Assembly (NCBI GenBank): GCA_022567475.1
Contig: JADFGZ010000001.1
Span: 1 to 54,459 of the forward strand
DNA length: 54,459 nt
Direction of reading: 5' to 3'
Source of the DNA: Acidobacteriota bacterium
GTDB lineage: Bacteria > Acidobacteriota > Terriglobia > 2-12-FULL-54-10
Below are positions 19,444-28,551 of this stretch, one piece after another (position 1 is the stretch's first letter; each line of letters starts with the position of its first letter). The notes beneath the pieces are model-generated. The model ran no database searches. It was given only the letters and a program-made list of their open reading frames with translations, and was not told the origin of the DNA. A program made the position numbers and the translations under genes.

Positions 19444-19761
19444 ATGGACAACAACGGAGGAGCGAATTTTTTTTACTTTCTCACCGGCGTGGGTATCGGG
19501 GCCCTGATTGGGGTATTATTTGCCCCGAGCTCAGGTGAGCGAACCAGGGAAGTGATTGCCAGCAAAGCGGAGGAAGGCCGCGACTATGTGGTGCGGAAGA
19601 GCCGCGAGGTGCGGGAGCAAGCGACCGGGTACGTCGAGCGCGGGAAAGAAGCGCTGACCGAGCAGCGCGATCACTTGGCCGCCGCCGTCGATGCAGGCAA
19701 ACAGGCATATCGCAGCGAAGCCCCGCCCAGAAACGCTCCGGAGCAGGGAAGCCCGGCATAG
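19444..19761 (+). CDS. YtxH-domain (general stress-like) protein
   Basis: 'FFYFLTGVGIGALIGVLFAPSSGERTREVIASKAEEG' is the typical YtxH N-terminal TM plus 'APxSGxxTR' motif. Confidence 0.75.
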   Translation: MDNNGGANFFYFLTGVGIGALIGVLFAPSSGERTREVIASKAEEGRDYVVRKSREVREQATGYVERGKEALTEQRDHLAAAVDAGKQAYRSEAPPRNAPEQGSPA

Positions 19762-19842
19762 GGTGCATGCGGATTACAGAGGGGAGCGGTTCTGTGAAGG
19801 AAGCAAGAGGCCGCCTTTTGCTCTAAAGAGAGGACTATTCGT

Positions 19843-20358
19843 ATGAATATCGCAATGGAGGAAGTGCTTCCGGTTCTGACGATCGTCATAGCCGTCGCGC
19901 TGCTGGTTCAAATGGGAATTCTGGTGGCGTTGCTGGTGGCCCTTCGGAACTGGTCCAAGCGCACGGAAGCTTTTGTGGATCGGGTGGACCGCAACATCGA
20001 GCCCGTGCTGCAGGCAACGCGCGAGCTGGTGACCGACGGCAAGGAGAAGCTCAACGCGATATCCACCAACTTGGCCGAGATCAGCGACCTGACCAAGAAC
20101 CAAATCGCCCGGCTGGACGGAATCGTGACGGATGCTTCCGACCGGGCCCGTCTGCAGCTCGCCCGCCTGGATCAGCTGGCCTCCGACACGGTGAGCCGCA
20201 TGGAGGAGACCACGCAGGTGATCCAGCGCAGCATCCTGACGCCGGTCCGGGAAATATCGGCCGTATTGGCGGGAGTGCGCAGCGCACTGGATTTTCTCTT
20301 CCGCCGCGACAAAGTGGGTGTAGAGCGAGCGACACAGGACGAAGAGCTTTTCATTTAA
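19843..20358 (+). CDS. DUF948-like membrane-anchored coiled-coil protein
   Basis: N-terminal TM 'VLPVLTIVIAVALLVQMGILVALLVAL' followed by helical repeats. Commonly paired with YtxH genes. Confidence 0.6.
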   Translation: MNIAMEEVLPVLTIVIAVALLVQMGILVALLVALRNWSKRTEAFVDRVDRNIEPVLQATRELVTDGKEKLNAISTNLAEISDLTKNQIARLDGIVTDASDRARLQLARLDQLASDTVSRMEETTQVIQRSILTPVREISAVLAGVRSALDFLFRRDKVGVERATQDEELFI

Positions 20359-20484
20359 CTGTCTTTCGGGTAACTGTCTTTCGGCCATCTGATTTTCAGG
20401 CGACTCCCAAAAAAAGAAAGCCTGCTTCCCGGCGGGTCCGCCAGGCAATTTTTCCCTTCGGGTTGAAAAAGGCGGATTGAAAAA

Positions 20485-21249
20485 GTGTCACCAAGGGCTG
20501 CCGACTTTCCCGCCGATTCTCCCATAGGGGAATCCCTTAGCCTCTGTTCCCGGGGAGAAGACTGTGCCATTCTGTTTGCAAAAAACCCGGTCCCGGGACA
20601 AGTCAAAACCCGCCTGTCACCTCATCTAACCCCTGAACAAGCCTGCCGGCTCCACTGCGCTTCCACCAGCGACGTGGCGGAGTTGTTGTCCCATGCGCTG
20701 CCTCAAGCTCGGAAGTGGATTTTCTGGAGTGAGCGTCCGCCGGTGGAAAAGGACAAGGGTGGCGAGGTTCGGGTGCCTGCCGAATTCCGCTGCGGGGTCC
20801 AGGAAGGCGGGAATTTAGGAGAGCGGATGGGCGCCGCGTTTGCCCGCGCCTTTGCCTCCGGGGCGCGAGGCGTGGTGCTGTTCGGCAGCGACAGCCCGAC
20901 GCTGCCCGCCGCCACCGTGCAGCGGGCCTTTGCAGCCTTGTCGGATTGTGATCTCGTCCTGGGTCCCACCGAAGACGGAGGTTACTATCTAATCGGGTGC
21001 CGCCGTTTCGATGAGCAATTGTTCCGGAAGGTCGAATGGAGCACACGGCGCACCTACGAGCAAACCGTGGCCAATGCGCAGCGGCTCGATTACCGGGTCC
21101 GGGCGCTCGAAAGCTGGTTTGACCTGGATCAATGGGGCGATGTGGAGCGGCTGATCGCTGACGCGCGGCGGGGCCATTCGCTGCCCGCCCACATGGCGGC
21201 TTTCCTGAAGCAACTGGAGACCGAAGGCGCTCCGGCGCGGCCGTGTTGA
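20485..21249 (+). CDS. DUF2064/TIGR04282-family glycosyltransferase-like protein
   Basis: 'AILFAKNPVPGQVKTRL', 'GNLGERM', 'VVLFGSDSPTLP', 'VLGPTEDGGYYLIG' match the DUF2064 signature. GTG start is uncertain. Confidence 0.7.
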   Translation: MSPRAADFPADSPIGESLSLCSRGEDCAILFAKNPVPGQVKTRLSPHLTPEQACRLHCASTSDVAELLSHALPQARKWIFWSERPPVEKDKGGEVRVPAEFRCGVQEGGNLGERMGAAFARAFASGARGVVLFGSDSPTLPAATVQRAFAALSDCDLVLGPTEDGGYYLIGCRRFDEQLFRKVEWSTRRTYEQTVANAQRLDYRVRALESWFDLDQWGDVERLIADARRGHSLPAHMAAFLKQLETEGAPARPC

Positions 21250-21261
21250 CGCTCTCTCCGT

Positions 21262-21897
21262 TCACCGTTTTTCGCAGACGGCAAATCCGTCCCGCACGGG
21301 CAGGATCGTGGTAAACAGGTCCGGCGAGGAGTAGATCAGCCGGTTGAACTCTGCGATGCCCCGCGTGGCGTCATCGCCGGGCGGCTCGGTGACGCGCCCG
21401 CTCCACAGCACATTGTCCGCCAGGAACAACCCGCCGCTGCGAATCCGCGGCACCGCCTTGTGGAATACCTGGGGGTAGTCCTGCTTGTCCACGTCGTTAA
21501 AAATAATATCGAAGATGCCCGGAGTCTGGTCCAGCAGCTCTAGCGCGTCCCCCTGCAAAATCCGAATCTTGTCCTGAACTCCGGCGCGCCGGAAAAACTG
21601 CTTGGCCTGTTCCGCATTGGCCGGGTCACTGTCGGTGTAGTAGACAATAGCGCCCGGCCGAACAGCACGGGCGATCCAGATGGTCGAGTATCCGATGGCC
21701 GAGCCCATCTCAAAGACCCTCTTGGCCCCTGTGAGCCGGACCAACTGATGCAGGATGCGGCCCAGCACGGGTCCGATGATGGGAATGCGGCGCGCTAGCG
21801 CCAGCGCCTCCATCTCCTCGAGCACCGGGTCACGGGCTGGCAATAACTCCTGCAAATATCGGTTCACGGCCGGGTCTGTAATATCCATATGCGCCAC
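21262..21897 (-). CDS. Class I SAM-dependent O-methyltransferase (family 3, caffeoyl-CoA OMT/YrrM-like)
   Basis: 'KRVFEMGSAIGYSTIWIA' (SAM motif I), 'IFNDVDKQDYP', 'GGLFLADNVLWSGRV'. Confidence 0.8.
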   Translation of the reverse strand: MAHMDITDPAVNRYLQELLPARDPVLEEMEALALARRIPIIGPVLGRILHQLVRLTGAKRVFEMGSAIGYSTIWIARAVRPGAIVYYTDSDPANAEQAKQFFRRAGVQDKIRILQGDALELLDQTPGIFDIIFNDVDKQDYPQVFHKAVPRIRSGGLFLADNVLWSGRVTEPPGDDATRGIAEFNRLIYSSPDLFTTILPVRDGFAVCEKR

Positions 21898-21997
21898 CTG
21901 GAAGCGAATTCGTTTGCTTTCGTCTTACCATTTACCATACAGCCGGGGTGGAGCGGAAAATTACATGGGACGCTGCGAAACAATGAACTAGAAGAAC

Positions 21998-22354
21998 TCA
22001 GGCACGGTTGCGTTCCATGCTGGAATCCGGAACTTCGACCGTAACCTCGCTGCGTGCCGCCTTGCTCAAGACCACGGCGCGGCAGGCGAGACGGGAGTGC
22101 AGCGAGAGGTTGCTGGTCCTGTATAGGCGGTCTTCCTCGTCCTTCTCCATCGGGGACAAGCAGTCGTCCCCGTTCTTTACGATCACGTGGCAGGTGATGC
22201 AGGCGCAGATGCCTCCGCAGGAGTGTCTGAGATCGATCCCGTAGTTCAGGGCGATATCGAGAATGGATTCCGCTTTGCCCTCGTTTTGGTAAGCCAGAGC
22301 GCCGGCTTCATACTCGACGGTGGTGTTGGAAGGCTGGAAGATTATCTTAGGCAT
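21998..22354 (-). CDS. fdx: [2Fe-2S] ferredoxin, adrenodoxin/ISC type
   Basis: Cys ligand pattern C-x5-C-x2-C ('SCGGICACITCH') plus a distal 'RLACRA'. Lies immediately downstream of iscS. Four in-frame ATGs at 12-nt spacing (22390, 22378, 22366, 22354); the proximal 'MPKIIFQPS' is preferred. Confidence 0.8.
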   Translation of the reverse strand: MPKIIFQPSNTTVEYEAGALAYQNEGKAESILDIALNYGIDLRHSCGGICACITCHVIVKNGDDCLSPMEKDEEDRLYRTSNLSLHSRLACRAVVLSKAARSEVTVEVPDSSMERNRA

Positions 22355-22475
22355 AGTTGGGGGCATAGTTGGGGGCATAGTAGAGAGCATAGCCGGAGCG
22401 CATCAGGACGATATCTTCCGCATCCGCATCTTCCTCTTCCGCAGACTTTCCTCACCGCGTTTTCCGTCCGCTAAA

Positions 22476-23672
22476 TCATCCTCCCGTCCGCTTTCCGGAG
22501 CCGCTCCCGTGGTAGAGGGGAGAAAGTTCCCGCAGGCGATTCACCGCCTCCACCACCCGGTCCTTCACATAGTCCACCTCTTCCTCCGTATTGAACCGGC
22601 CCAACCCAAAGCGGATGGAGGACTGGATCAGCTCCTCGCTGATCCCTAGCGCCTTCAGGACGTGGCTCGGCTCCACGGCCGCCGACGTGCAGGCCGAGCC
22701 GGTGGAGAGGGCGACGTCATGGACGCCCATCAGCAGGGATTCGGCCTCCACGCAGGCAAAGCTCAGGTTCAGGTTGTGAGGCAGCCGCTTGGTTTCGTCT
22801 CCGTTGAGATAGACCTCATCGAGCCCCGCCAGAATGCCGTTCTTCAGCCGGTCTCGCAGCTTTCGCAAACGCTCTGACTCGGCGTCCATCTGCCCGGCGC
22901 AAATCCGGCAGGCCTCGCCCAGGCCCACAATGCCCGGCACGTTCAGGGTGCCGGAGCGCATGCCGCGCTCGTGGCCGCCGCCCTCGATCATCGGCGGCAA
23001 CGCCACACGGGGGTTTTTCCGCCGGATGTAGAGCCCCCCGATTCCCTTCGGCCCATACATCTTGTGGGCGGTAAACGACAGCAGGTCAATGTTCATCTTC
23101 TCTACGTCCACCGGCACATGGCCCACGGCTTGCGTGGCATCCGTGTGGAACAGGACTCCGTTTTCCCGAGCCAGGCGGCCGATCTCCGCCACGGGATGAA
23201 TCGTGCCGATTTCATTGTTGGCGAACATGACGGTGATCAAGACGGTCTGTGCGCTGATTGCCCGGCGCACATCGTCCGGGTCCACCAGCCCGTTGCGGTC
23301 CACCGGCAAGTAAGTGACACGGCAGCCGGAGCGTTCCAGCCGCTTGCAAGTGTCGAGCACCGCATTGTGTTCGGTGGCAACCGTGATGATGTGATTGCCG
23401 CGCTCATGGTGCAGCTCCGCCACTCCCCGGATGGCCAGATTGTCGGACTCGGTGGCGCCGGAAGTGAAAATGATCTCTTTGGGGCGGGCGCCGATCAGTT
23501 GAGCCGCTTGTTTCCGGGCCAGCTCGACCGCCGCTTCCGCCTCCCATCCGAAGGAGTGCTTGCGGCTGGCTGCGTTGCCGAATTTCTGAAGGAAATAAGG
23601 CGTCATGGCCTCAAAGACCCGAGGGTCCACGGGGGTCGTGGCGTGATGGTCCATATAGATCGGCAGCTTCAT
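22476..23672 (-). CDS. iscS: Cysteine desulfurase (IscS/NifS family, PLP-dependent)
   Basis: '[15 protein letters not shown]', '[13 protein letters not shown]', PLP-Lys '[20 protein letters not shown]', active-site loop 'STGSACTSA', C-terminal '[15 protein letters not shown]'. Confidence 0.9.
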   Translation of the reverse strand: MKLPIYMDHHATTPVDPRVFEAMTPYFLQKFGNAASRKHSFGWEAEAAVELARKQAAQLIGARPKEIIFTSGATESDNLAIRGVAELHHERGNHIITVATEHNAVLDTCKRLERSGCRVTYLPVDRNGLVDPDDVRRAISAQTVLITVMFANNEIGTIHPVAEIGRLARENGVLFHTDATQAVGHVPVDVEKMNIDLLSFTAHKMYGPKGIGGLYIRRKNPRVALPPMIEGGGHERGMRSGTLNVPGIVGLGEACRICAGQMDAESERLRKLRDRLKNGILAGLDEVYLNGDETKRLPHNLNLSFACVEAESLLMGVHDVALSTGSACTSAAVEPSHVLKALGISEELIQSSIRFGLGRFNTEEEVDYVKDRVVEAVNRLRELSPLYHGSGSGKRTGG

Positions 23673-23686
23673 CCGAGCACGTGCTC

Positions 23687-24319
23687 CTAGGGACGATCCT
23701 TTAGTTGGGGAGACTCACGGTGAAGCGGGCCTTGGCGCGCCCGTTCCGGACTCCTCATCTCCATCTCGTTGATCTTCCATGTAAATAGCCGCCACAACCG
23801 GCGCGTGTAGAGAAAGCCGGCGGTGCAGAGCAAAATAAAAAGTGTCAGCGGAAAGGCGCAGGCACGCAGCAGGGTGTGGGAAACGTCATCCAGGTTTTCA
23901 CCCCACCGGATGCCGAGGAAGCGGCGCAGAGCCTGCCGGCTTCCCCAGTCCAGCCAGAAGAAGTCAGCGTTCTCGTTGACTACCAAAACCTTGGCAGGGA
24001 GCAGCAGCATGCCCAGCATCTTCCAGCGCCACAGAATGGGCTCCCCCGTGCACAGAATCACCAGGACTTCCCATTTTTTTCTGCGGAACGAATACAGCAA
24101 GCGCAACTTGCTCCAGCCGGAAGGGTAATCCGTAACTCGGTATACGCTGGCAAACGCGCCGGGCGGCGGAGCCGGATGACAGGTGCACAGATGATACCGC
24201 GCGTTGGGAAAGAGTTTGAGAATGCTCTCCAGGGCGCGCCGTTGCACATCCGGCGAACCGCTCTCGATCAGGAGGATGTCTGCGGCTTGTGGCACCTTCC
24301 GTCTAAAAAAATACTTCAT
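23687..24319 (-). CDS. Hypothetical protein with C-terminal TM segment
   Basis: Preferred start is ATG 24319 ('[23 protein letters not shown]...'). TM '[22 protein letters not shown]'. The 5' extension of the ORF to 24658 is R/S-rich and looks non-coding. Ends 15 nt upstream of iscS. Confidence 0.5.
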   Translation of the reverse strand: MKYFFRRKVPQAADILLIESGSPDVQRRALESILKLFPNARYHLCTCHPAPPPGAFASVYRVTDYPSGWSKLRLLYSFRRKKWEVLVILCTGEPILWRWKMLGMLLLPAKVLVVNENADFFWLDWGSRQALRRFLGIRWGENLDDVSHTLLRACAFPLTLFILLCTAGFLYTRRLWRLFTWKINEMEMRSPERARQGPLHRESPQLKDRP

Positions 24320-24351
24320 CGCTGGCCGAGACCGGTCCCTTTCCGTTTTTC

Positions 24352-24519
24352 TCAGTAATAGTCGGAGCAAGACAGAAAATAGCCGCAGCGGAGGCAAGCC
24401 AGCTTGCATTGCCGTCCGGTTAGCTTTGCGGAGCAATTGGGGCAGTATTCCAGAGGCACGCCGGCTGATTCCCGGCTCCTCAGCCGCCGAGCGTGTCCCA
24501 CACCTTCGGGCCGGGCCAT
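24352..24519 (-). CDS. Small zinc-ribbon protein (CxxC...CxxC)
   Basis: 'YCPNCSAKLTGRQCKLACLRCGYFLSCSDYY' carries two CxxC pairs. Ends 33 nt upstream of the next gene. Short ORF, tentative. Confidence 0.35.
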   Translation of the reverse strand: MARPEGVGHARRLRSRESAGVPLEYCPNCSAKLTGRQCKLACLRCGYFLSCSDYY

Positions 24520-24684
24520 TTGTAGGGTCTCCCTCACGCTGGGAGATGGCTTCTTTCCTGCATCCATCATCGGAAGAATTATAAACGCTCCACCGGGAAG
24601 GCTTCAATCGAGTTCGTACGGGAACTGACGTCTTCCAAGCGCTGTTGTTATTGCGCACCTTGCCGCCAGACGCCGGGTTACTCG

Positions 24685-25467
24685 CTAGAGGTCGGGTTCG
24701 GCCTTCTGCGGCCCCGGCAGAGGGGCTTCCGGGCGGAGGTAGTATTTCGTCAGCCCTTCCTGCAAGAGCTGGAGAGCCGTTTCGGGGTCGTCGGCAAACT
24801 GAAACAGATCCATGTCGCTTGCGCTGATGGTCCCGTGACGAACCAGAGCCTCAAAGTTGATTACCTCTTTCCAGAACTCGGTGCCGTAGAGCAGAATGAT
24901 GAGCCTCTTGTTCATCTTCTGAGTTTGGACAAGCGTCAGGACCTCCATCATCTCATCCAGCGTTCCGAATCCGCCGGGGAAAAAGACCACGGCTTTGGCC
25001 AGGTAGGCAAACCAGAATTTGCGCATGAAGAAGTAATGGAATTGGAAGGAAAGCTCCGGGGTGATGTAGGGATTGGGGTACTGCTCAAAGGGCAATCCGA
25101 TGTTCAAGCCGACCGTCTTTCCGTTTGCATCCTGTGCTCCCCGGTTTCCGGCCTCCATGATTCCCGGTCCTCCGCCGGTGCAGACGACAAAGCGGCGGTT
25201 GGGGTCCTTCAGCTGGTCGGACCACTCGGTAACCATCCGCGCCAGAGTCCGCGCCTCGCGATAGTAGCGGCCGAGAGAGTCTTTCTCCTCAATGCGGGCG
25301 GAGCCGAAGAAAACGACCGTGTCCCGAATTCTCTCCCGGCGAAAGTGGGAGAAGGGCTCCAAAAATTCCGAAAGAATTCGCAACGCCCGCGCGTCGGGAC
25401 TATCTAGGAATCGCTCGTTCTTGTAAGCCACTGGCCGGTGATGGCCAGGCGGCGGTTGCTCAATCAT
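24685..25467 (-). CDS. LOG-family (TIGR00730) nucleotide N-ribohydrolase-like protein
   Basis: 'VVFFGSARI', 'VVCTGGGPGIMEAGNRGA', 'GLNIGLPFEQ', 'PGGFGTLDEMMEVLTLVQT' (PGGxGTxxE motif). Preferred ATG 25467 overlaps the upstream gene's stop by 8 nt. Confidence 0.8.
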   Translation of the reverse strand: MIEQPPPGHHRPVAYKNERFLDSPDARALRILSEFLEPFSHFRRERIRDTVVFFGSARIEEKDSLGRYYREARTLARMVTEWSDQLKDPNRRFVVCTGGGPGIMEAGNRGAQDANGKTVGLNIGLPFEQYPNPYITPELSFQFHYFFMRKFWFAYLAKAVVFFPGGFGTLDEMMEVLTLVQTQKMNKRLIILLYGTEFWKEVINFEALVRHGTISASDMDLFQFADDPETALQLLQEGLTKYYLRPEAPLPGPQKAEPDL

Positions 25468-26842
25468 GACGATGCTCCCTGAATTTGGCCCGAAAGGAAA
25501 ATGCGGGCCGGGGAAATTCCTCTTCCAGGCGAGAAGAGGATTTAGCTGGAAACCATGGGGGACTTGCCCGTGGCAGACGAAACCCGGAGCTTGTCCCCTC
25601 CGGCTCTGCGGCGTGAATGACAATCGGCAGCGGGACGGAGTTGCCGTCCTTGTCTCGCACGTCCACGGCTTCGGAGGAAAGAGGCGTGATCTTCATGGTC
25701 CGATCCTCGATTTCGACCAGCAGGAAATGGGATTGCGGCGCCCAGCCGGCGATATTTGCATCTTGCATTTTGCCGCGGATATCCTTGCGGCGCAACATGC
25801 CTCCCGCGCCGGTGATCACGTAACGGACATTGCCCGTCTTTTCATTCCGCTCACTGAACTGAAAATTATGCTCGTGGCCGTTGAATACCACCTGCACGCC
25901 GCTTTGGCGAGATAAATCGACCAGAGGGCGCAGGGAATGGAGACTTACTCCGTGCCCCGGCCCTGCATTGAACGGCGGGTGATGGTAGTAGGCAATCTTC
26001 CAGGGCGCTTTGGCAGCCGCCAGTGCTTGCCGCAGCCATTGCATTTGACTGCCAGGGTTGGATCGGTGCAATGCTTTCTCGGTTGTGTCGAGGGCGAAAA
26101 ACTCGGCCAACCCTCCAAAAGAAAATGTGTAGTAGCGGGCCGGCCCCGGGGCGGGGAAGAAAAAGTTGTCCAGATATGCGCCCAGATCACCAGTGGATTC
26201 CGATCCCTTGCTGTCGTGATTTCCGAGCGTCGGGTAAAAGGGAATGCTTTTCAAAAGGGGTTCGTACGGCTGGAAGAATTTCGATTCCCAATGGCTGTCT
26301 TTGTTGCCGCTTTTGGTTGGGATAAAACCCAGTATCCGGTCGGCATAGATATTGTCGCCGGTCGTTAAGACGAAGCGAACCGGATTGTCGGAGCGGCTTC
26401 GCTGCTCGAACTCCCGCCACATCGCCTCTGCAACTTCATATTGCGGGGGCTTGCCCGTGCCGTAGTCGCCGATCACAAAAAAAGCCAGCTTGCGGGATTT
26501 GTCCGGGTAGGTTCGCACCGTGCCGCCGCCGATCCTTTGATTTCCGAGCGGCATTTCATGCAGCGTAACTTCATATGGATACTCGGTGTCTGGCCGGAGG
26601 CCGTCCACGACAACCCAGTTCCGCTCAGAGGCTATTTGCCGATCCCCTAGTTTCACGGTGACTTTTCCGAGAGAGCGGGAGCTTCGTCCAATCGTGTTGC
26701 CACTGCCTTCCGTTGTTCCCCAGGCAAGCAGCACGGAATCGGTTTCGATCCGCCCTACGTAGGTGTATATCTTCTGCGCCTGGGCCGCAAAGGGAAACAG
26801 AAGGAGGAAGCAGAGCGTCCACAACGATCCAGCGCGGTTCAC
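25460..26842 (-). CDS. Secreted metallophosphoesterase (purple-acid-phosphatase-like, with N-terminal Fn3-like domain)
   Basis: 'FFVIGDYGTG', 'LTTGDNIY', 'YPTLGNHD', 'YHHPPF', 'VFNGHEHNFQ'. Signal-like 'SLWTLCFLLLFPFAAQAQ'. Start is GTG 26842 or TTG 26857, just after the upstream stop; the longer ORF to 27070 overlaps the upstream gene. Confidence 0.8.
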   Translation of the reverse strand: MNRAGSLWTLCFLLLFPFAAQAQKIYTYVGRIETDSVLLAWGTTEGSGNTIGRSSRSLGKVTVKLGDRQIASERNWVVVDGLRPDTEYPYEVTLHEMPLGNQRIGGGTVRTYPDKSRKLAFFVIGDYGTGKPPQYEVAEAMWREFEQRSRSDNPVRFVLTTGDNIYADRILGFIPTKSGNKDSHWESKFFQPYEPLLKSIPFYPTLGNHDSKGSESTGDLGAYLDNFFFPAPGPARYYTFSFGGLAEFFALDTTEKALHRSNPGSQMQWLRQALAAAKAPWKIAYYHHPPFNAGPGHGVSLHSLRPLVDLSRQSGVQVVFNGHEHNFQFSERNEKTGNVRYVITGAGGMLRRKDIRGKMQDANIAGWAPQSHFLLVEIEDRTMKITPLSSEAVDVRDKDGNSVPLPIVIHAAEPEGTSSGFRLPRASPPWFPAKSSSRLEEEFPRPAFSFRAKFREHRHD

Positions 26843-26867
26843 GCGAACAGGGTTCAAGGCAACGCTC

Positions 26868-28526
26868 CTACCAAGTGCGGTCCATTCCCACCACCTCCAC
26901 GCGGTCCGGCCTCTTGCCCGGCTTCTTGCGAAGATAGACGGTGATCGTCTTTTTGGGGTCGCCGCCATGAATGTCGGCAGCGAAGTATTCCCCTGCGGCT
27001 GATTCCAGGAGTTGGCTCGGCAAGCGAAAGGTTGTTTCTCCGGGGAGCGGAGATTTTTTCTCCGTATCATTGTTGAATCGCGACCACTGGACTACATAGT
27101 CCCGCGCAGGGGCCAGACGGTGCTTGACGGCCAAGTTCTCAAAGACTATCTGGTCCTCTTGCACGGCAAAGCGGTCCAGCGGCAGCATTTTGGCGAGGAA
27201 AGCCTTGCCGATTTTGTCGCGGCGCTCGATCAAACGATCGGCGATCCATTTCTCGGCCTCCGGGTTGCTGTATTGCCCCGTTTTTACGATGGCGCGAATC
27301 TGCGGGTCGGTGAAAGCCATGACCTGCTTGGCGGCCCAGAAGGCATCGTCCGGGAGGCGGTTGGAAAACGCCGGATTGGGATATTCGGGCACCCAACCCT
27401 CCGCGTCAAACTTCTCCGATTCGAAACGCCCCACGGAGGGAAGATCAGGAAACTTGGCCCTGGCCCATCGGGGCACAATCAGACCAAAGGTGAAGAACTG
27501 GATGGCAGCAGGCTTCCACGCGAACATATATTCGTGGCCGGACCTCGGAGTGTTCGGACCGTTGCTGGCGCTTCCCAGGGTGGAGCCAAAGTCGATCAGA
27601 TGATGCTTGACAAAAAAAACGCCGTTTTCCCGCACCAGCATATCGAGCGTATTAATGGACCGGGAATCATCGTGGCCGAGCCAGGCGCAAAAGACACTGA
27701 GCCCGCGCAGGTCACGCCGGTGCTCGTGAGGAACAATATCGTTCGGGTCGTCCTTTCTCGTGCCGTGATACCGGAACGGACCCACGGGTGTGCCTTCGAG
27801 ATAAAAGCTTGCCACCCCCCGGTATTCCCCCGCTTCGTTGCGGGGAACTTTGAGAAGAATTTCCGTGACGTCCCGCTCCGTCATCTCCCTTTCATTGCCC
27901 ACCGGGTCACGGAGCAGCACCCCCTCGCCCAGCACGAGTTGCTCCCGGTTGAAAAACACCAGGTAGTTCTCCGGCACAGGGTATCCCAAGGCATAGAAAA
28001 ACTTCGACGCGATCATGTCGGCTGCCGTAGCGATTTCCGGATAGTCCAGCGGGTCGAACTTCAGAATGTACCGGAGGCCGCGGGAATCGAGGATCGTAAA
28101 GCCAGGGGTGATTCCTTCCGCCTTGGCGGCAACCACGCGCCAGCGCCCCTCCATGGACGGCGCATTCTCATCGCCGGGACCCCGCACCAGCTCTTCGACC
28201 GTCATTGGGTGGTGATAATGACGGTTCGTGTACCAACTGCTGTCAGGCACCTCTCCCAGGGTGTTGACCGCCTGCGCCGGAATCAGCTTGGTTTTTGTGT
28301 GCCGTTCTCCTGGATGGGACAGGGTGTTGTAAAAAAAATCGTAGTAGTCGCTCAACTTGCGGCTCAACACATTCTCGACGTTCATCGGGGGCGGCACTTT
28401 TGTGATGGGATCGTCCTCGTAAAACTTTTGCGCGCTGAGGTTCAGTGGCAGCAGCAGCAAAAGAAGTGTGCTTCTCAGGAATTGGCCGCTTAGAAGAGAT
28501 TGCGAAGTAATGCGGTCTCCGTTCAT
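26868..28526 (-). CDS. Signal-peptide-bearing protein-kinase-like (PKL/PI3-4K-like) fold protein, paralogue 2
   Basis: Signal-like 'LRSTLLLLLLPLNLSAQ'. Kinase-ordered motifs: 'LRYILKFD' (beta3 Lys), 'AWLGHDDSRSINTLD' (H-x-D-x-R-x-x-N), 'HHLIDFGSTLGS' (DFG). Start 28526 or 28547. Confidence 0.7.
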   Translation of the reverse strand: MNGDRITSQSLLSGQFLRSTLLLLLLPLNLSAQKFYEDDPITKVPPPMNVENVLSRKLSDYYDFFYNTLSHPGERHTKTKLIPAQAVNTLGEVPDSSWYTNRHYHHPMTVEELVRGPGDENAPSMEGRWRVVAAKAEGITPGFTILDSRGLRYILKFDPLDYPEIATAADMIASKFFYALGYPVPENYLVFFNREQLVLGEGVLLRDPVGNEREMTERDVTEILLKVPRNEAGEYRGVASFYLEGTPVGPFRYHGTRKDDPNDIVPHEHRRDLRGLSVFCAWLGHDDSRSINTLDMLVRENGVFFVKHHLIDFGSTLGSASNGPNTPRSGHEYMFAWKPAAIQFFTFGLIVPRWARAKFPDLPSVGRFESEKFDAEGWVPEYPNPAFSNRLPDDAFWAAKQVMAFTDPQIRAIVKTGQYSNPEAEKWIADRLIERRDKIGKAFLAKMLPLDRFAVQEDQIVFENLAVKHRLAPARDYVVQWSRFNNDTEKKSPLPGETTFRLPSQLLESAAGEYFAADIHGGDPKKTITVYLRKKPGKRPDRVEVVGMDRTW

Positions 28527-28551
28527 TAAGAAATTGACTCTGCACATAGGC

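Noticed and set aside
20356-20384. Direct 14-nt duplication TAACTGTCTTTCGG (G) TAACTGTCTTTCGG straddling the stop codon of the DUF948-like gene.
   Set aside because: It is a single short duplication with no symmetry or further copies. It is most simply a replication-slippage footprint.
23687-24658. Full-length 323-aa version of the ORF upstream of iscS.
   Set aside because: The first ~113 codons are R/S/P-rich and overlap the better zinc-ribbon ORF in another frame. The internal start at 24319 gives a sensible N-terminus.
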